Source: Piromyces finnis finn (lineage: Eukaryota; Fungi; Neocallimastigomycota). Taken from it: a stretch of DNA of 55,057 bases. How positions within the stretch are numbered: position 1 is the first letter of the stretch; the number at the start of each line of letters is the position of its first letter. The stretch covers positions 1-55,057 of the forward strand of contig MCFH01000104.1 of assembly GCA_002104945.1 (NCBI GenBank). Reading direction: 5' to 3'. Below are positions 51,101-55,057 of this stretch, piece after piece. The notes under the pieces were generated by a model. It had not been told where the DNA came from and made no database searches. It saw only the letters and a program-made list of their open reading frames with translations. Made by a program: the position numbers and the translations under genes.

Positions 51101-53887
51101 TGCTTATTTATGAATTAATAAATCTATATAAATATAAAATATATTGTTTATAATTTTTATAATAAATACTCATTAATATCAATATTCATTTTTAATAAAC
51201 TACTTATAACTTTTTCTAATCTTAATATATGCTATTTATACTTCACTTACAAATTAATTTTCTGTGAAGAAAAAAAACAAAAAAAGGGTAATTTTTATCC
51301 TTTTAAATAAAAAATTTGATTTCCAAATATTTTATTTAGACAATATTATATATTGTATTAAAATTACAAAATGTGATAAATACACCAATAATATTTAATT
51401 ATATCCAATCATGAAATTTTTATATATGATAAACTAAAAAGTGATTGGGAAAAATTACTAGTGAAATGGATAATCATATTTACATGATGAATAATAATCT
51501 TTTTTAATTTTGCTATTTCACTACAATTCTATTTAATACTCTTTATATTTTATATATGTTCCCTTGTATTATTAAGTATTAATAATAAAATTTTCTATAT
51601 TTTCTAATTAATATAAATAAAAATCTAGTATTTTTAAAAAAAAATAATTTATAAACTTGGTGGTATAGAGCACCACTAACAATAATTGTTAGTAATCAAA
51701 CAAATCCATAAAAACAAAAAAAATTAAGTTTAAAAAAAACGAATTACAAAATTAATATAATAATAAATGATTTATATAATAATAATATATTCCTTTATTC
51801 ATTATTTATAATTCTATCAATTGTTTTATTTTTTATCTATTAAATATGATAATGTAATGGTTATATATAACTAATTTATAGATTATTATTTCATATGATA
51901 TATTATATTATATTATATTATTAAAATCAATTAAATAATTAATAATATAAAATATTTTGTATAAAAAAATTAATTTGCTTATTGTTAATATAATATACTT
52001 ATATTTTATTTTATTTAATAATAATAAATATTATTATATATTCCTATTATATATAAATATTAATATGATTAAATAAAATTTCTTTAATTTGATTTTTATT
52101 ATTATTATTTATTTCAAACTTTTTGTAATATCGTATTATATTATTTATATATCCTTTTATATATTAAAACATAATGTATATTAATTTAATTTAATTAAAA
52201 TAAAGTAATTAAGCTTTTAATTTAATGGGAACTTTATTAATTATAGAAATTCAATCAAATCTTTGATTCAAAAAATATATTGGCTGCTTTTTTTGCAATA
52301 CTAATTGTAATATCATAGATTTACATTTTAATATCACTTAAAACCTATTCATTTAATAAATATATTTACAATATATTACTTTAAATATACAATTATAAGT
52401 ATTTTTATTTTCTAAAAATTAAAAAGAATGATATAAATTATATGGTTTATGGATGTTGACTTTCTATAATAATCTAATTGATTTTTATTTGCATAATTAA
52501 TTGTATGTCATTAGGTTGGAATAATAAATAAAAAATATAAAAAATAGTATTATAAAACTTTATCCATATAATTCATGTTTTAAGTTCAAGATCTAAAAAA
52601 TTTTAAAATTTTTATAATTATGGAAAAATTATAAATCAAGCCACCAAGTAGCTGTATGAAAAAAGTATCTTTTATTTTTACTTACTTTTGTATTTTGTAT
52701 ATGTAAATTTAAGTTATATATATAGGTAAATTGCTAATAAGCTAAAATATGATTATTTTTTTATTAAAAGCTTAATAAAGTCATATTAAATTAATATTAC
52801 ATCTATTTACTTATCATAATGTATTTATTAACTAATAATTTGTAATATTCTTTTTTTTGTAATTTAATTAACTGTTAACCAATGAAATTTTGACTTATCA
52901 TTTTTTTTATTTAATTCATCCTCATAAAATGGATTATTATTTATGTTTAAAATTTAATAAAATTTTGTTATTGATAAAAGTTAACACATTATGTGTTAAT
53001 AAATATCCAATAAAATTTTGTGTAATTTTATCAAATAATATTAAGTCCTTATTTGTAATATTTAGCAAATAAAATGATCTGGAAAGATAACTTTAATTTT
53101 GTTAATAACAGTCTTTATCATATGTATAATACATTTAATATTAATGTTGTATATTTAAAAAAATTAGAACTTATTATTCTATTATACTGAGTAAGGATGA
53201 TTTTATTTATATTTATACTTCTTGTAATATCATGTTTTTAAAAAAAAAAAAAAAATGAAAATGAAAATTCTGTAGGTACTTATATTTTTAATAATTGAAT
53301 AGATTAAAAAATTTAATATATAAATATATGATAAATATTCTTTTTAATAATCATATAAGAAGATCATTTTATCGGAATTACTTTAATTTTAAAAATGTAC
53401 ATAATATCATTCTGTTTAAACATCATTTTTCATATTATTAGTTTATATTAATTTAAGTGGAAAGAAAATTATTAACTAAAAATGAAAGATTATTTAATTT
53501 TTTATAAAACTTCTTTTCTATTTTCACATTAAAAGACATTTAATATAAAAAAGTTATCATTATTATATTTAATTAATTAATATTAACATAAAATCAAATA
53601 AAAATGTATAAATGAAATAATAAAGAATAAATATTTTATATAGTATTTTAAAACTCAGACTACTTTTTTAAAAAATTTAAAAAAAGTTAAAATATTCTTA
53701 TAATGTAAACATATACATAAATTATAGAACTGTAATAAATGTTACTTATTTTTTTAATTAATAAATACAAAATATTTAATTTTATCAAAATCTATTATTA
53801 TTATAGGCAAGAAAATATAAAAAAAAAAATAAATAAATAATTGTAAAAGTATATAAGATATATATAAATAATAAAAAGGAAATAAAA

Positions 53888-54327
53888 ATGAATGATGATG
53901 ATTATAATGCACAAAGAAAGTCTGTTAGAGAAAGATTACAAGAAAAAATTGGTTTTTGTCCAAAAGGTATATTTTATATAAAAACATTATGTAATTGATT
54001 ATTCTATTACTAAAATATTTATTATTATATATATACTAATTGTTTGTTACTTTCATTATTTTAGACTCTATTGGTTGGTTATATGCAGCAAGAGGATTTA
54101 TAAATTAGAAGATTATCATTCTGTCATAGAATGTATAACACCAGCATTACGTAATGAAAGAACAAAAAGAGAAAGTCAACACTTACTTGCATTTTCTTTT
54201 CTACATACCGGTCAAATTGGAAGCAGCCGCTGGTGCATTTTTTAAAAGTATAAATTTAGGAAACGATACAGATTGGCAACCATTTGTTGAACTTTTAATA
54301 GATAATCCAAAATTAAAATTGAGTTAG
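53888..54327 (+). CDS. Small helical, TPR-like protein (~113 aa), 2 exons, with two compensating frameshifts (sequencing error or pseudogene)
   Basis: Exon 1 53888-53966 (gtatat donor), exon 2 from 54065 (ttttag acceptor). Adding one T at ggattt|ataaa and removing one A at caaattgg gives MNDDDYNAQRK...WLYAARGFYKLEDYHSVIECITPALRNERTKRESQHLLAFSFLHTGQLEAAAGAFFKSINLGNDTDWQPFVELL...; total length of 342 nt is a multiple of 3. Confidence 0.6.
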
Positions 54328-55057
54328 AATAGGAAAAAGTAATATGCAAAAAAAAACATTTTTTTTAAAAATATATCATATTTTTGTAATTAAATTATTA
54401 ATCTTGTAAGTAATTTATCAAAACTTTTATTTTAAAAAGTAATAATATTAAGTAATCTTTTTAATATACCCATTTAATCTATATGTAAATGTAAATAAAA
54501 GATTTACATATATACATATTTATTTAATAATTTTTTTTATTTATTTTGATTTAAAAAATATAAATTCAATAAATAGTTACACAAAAGGGTTAGATTTGAG
54601 TAACAATAGTATAATAAATATTATTAATAAAAAAATATCTTTTTTATATAAGAAATGTGTTAAGCTAATGGCAATAATTTTATTTTATTTAAATATATAT
54701 TCATTAAAAAATATAAAATAATGAAATAAAAATATGATATATTATAAATAAAAATTAGTAAAATATTAATAAAATAAAAACAAGAAAGGTTTAAATATTA
54801 AAATCTAAACCTTTAATTTTTGTGGAAAAAAATCTTTCATTTTTATAAAATCATAAGTAGAAAAAATTAATTATGAAAATGAAATTAGAAAAAAATATAA
54901 ATTATTACATTTTATATATATTAATGAGTAGCTCTTAGAAAATATGCTTATTATAAAAACTAATTTATAATTTTCTTTTCAATAATAAAGAATAATAGGA
55001 TACTTTTTAATGGATTATTAATATTTTTATATTACCAAAGAAAGATATTATGATTAA

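Overview
Very AT-rich eukaryotic DNA with GT-AG introns. A fungal-type dockerin fused to GH45, together with CBM18 domains, points to an anaerobic gut fungus (Neocallimastigomycota); this is inference, not a database result. Left to right: ~9 kb with no credible gene (minisatellites, possibly a decayed coding remnant); a 1642-aa secreted protein with two CBM18/hevein domains and, by my count, 42 tandem six-cysteine modules (CxxCxxCxxC-x7/9-C-[P/K]-xx-C) with acidic spacers and three Kex2-like KR sites; a 5'-truncated LINE copy; a tail-to-tail pair of ABCC/MRP transporters, one intronless and canonical, the other 8-exon with both ATP sites degenerate; a bacterial-type acyltransferase-3; a dockerin-GH45 endoglucanase; a multi-exon S9 acylpeptide hydrolase; an ~8 kb nest of two related LINE families, including a near-intact APE-RT element with a 15-bp TSD and structured 5' repeats; SAM synthetase; and a small TPR-like gene with two compensating frameshifts. 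The best novelty candidates are the Cys-module polyprotein and the apparently ATPase-impaired ABCC. Exon boundaries were derived by eye, and product names rest on motif recognition only.
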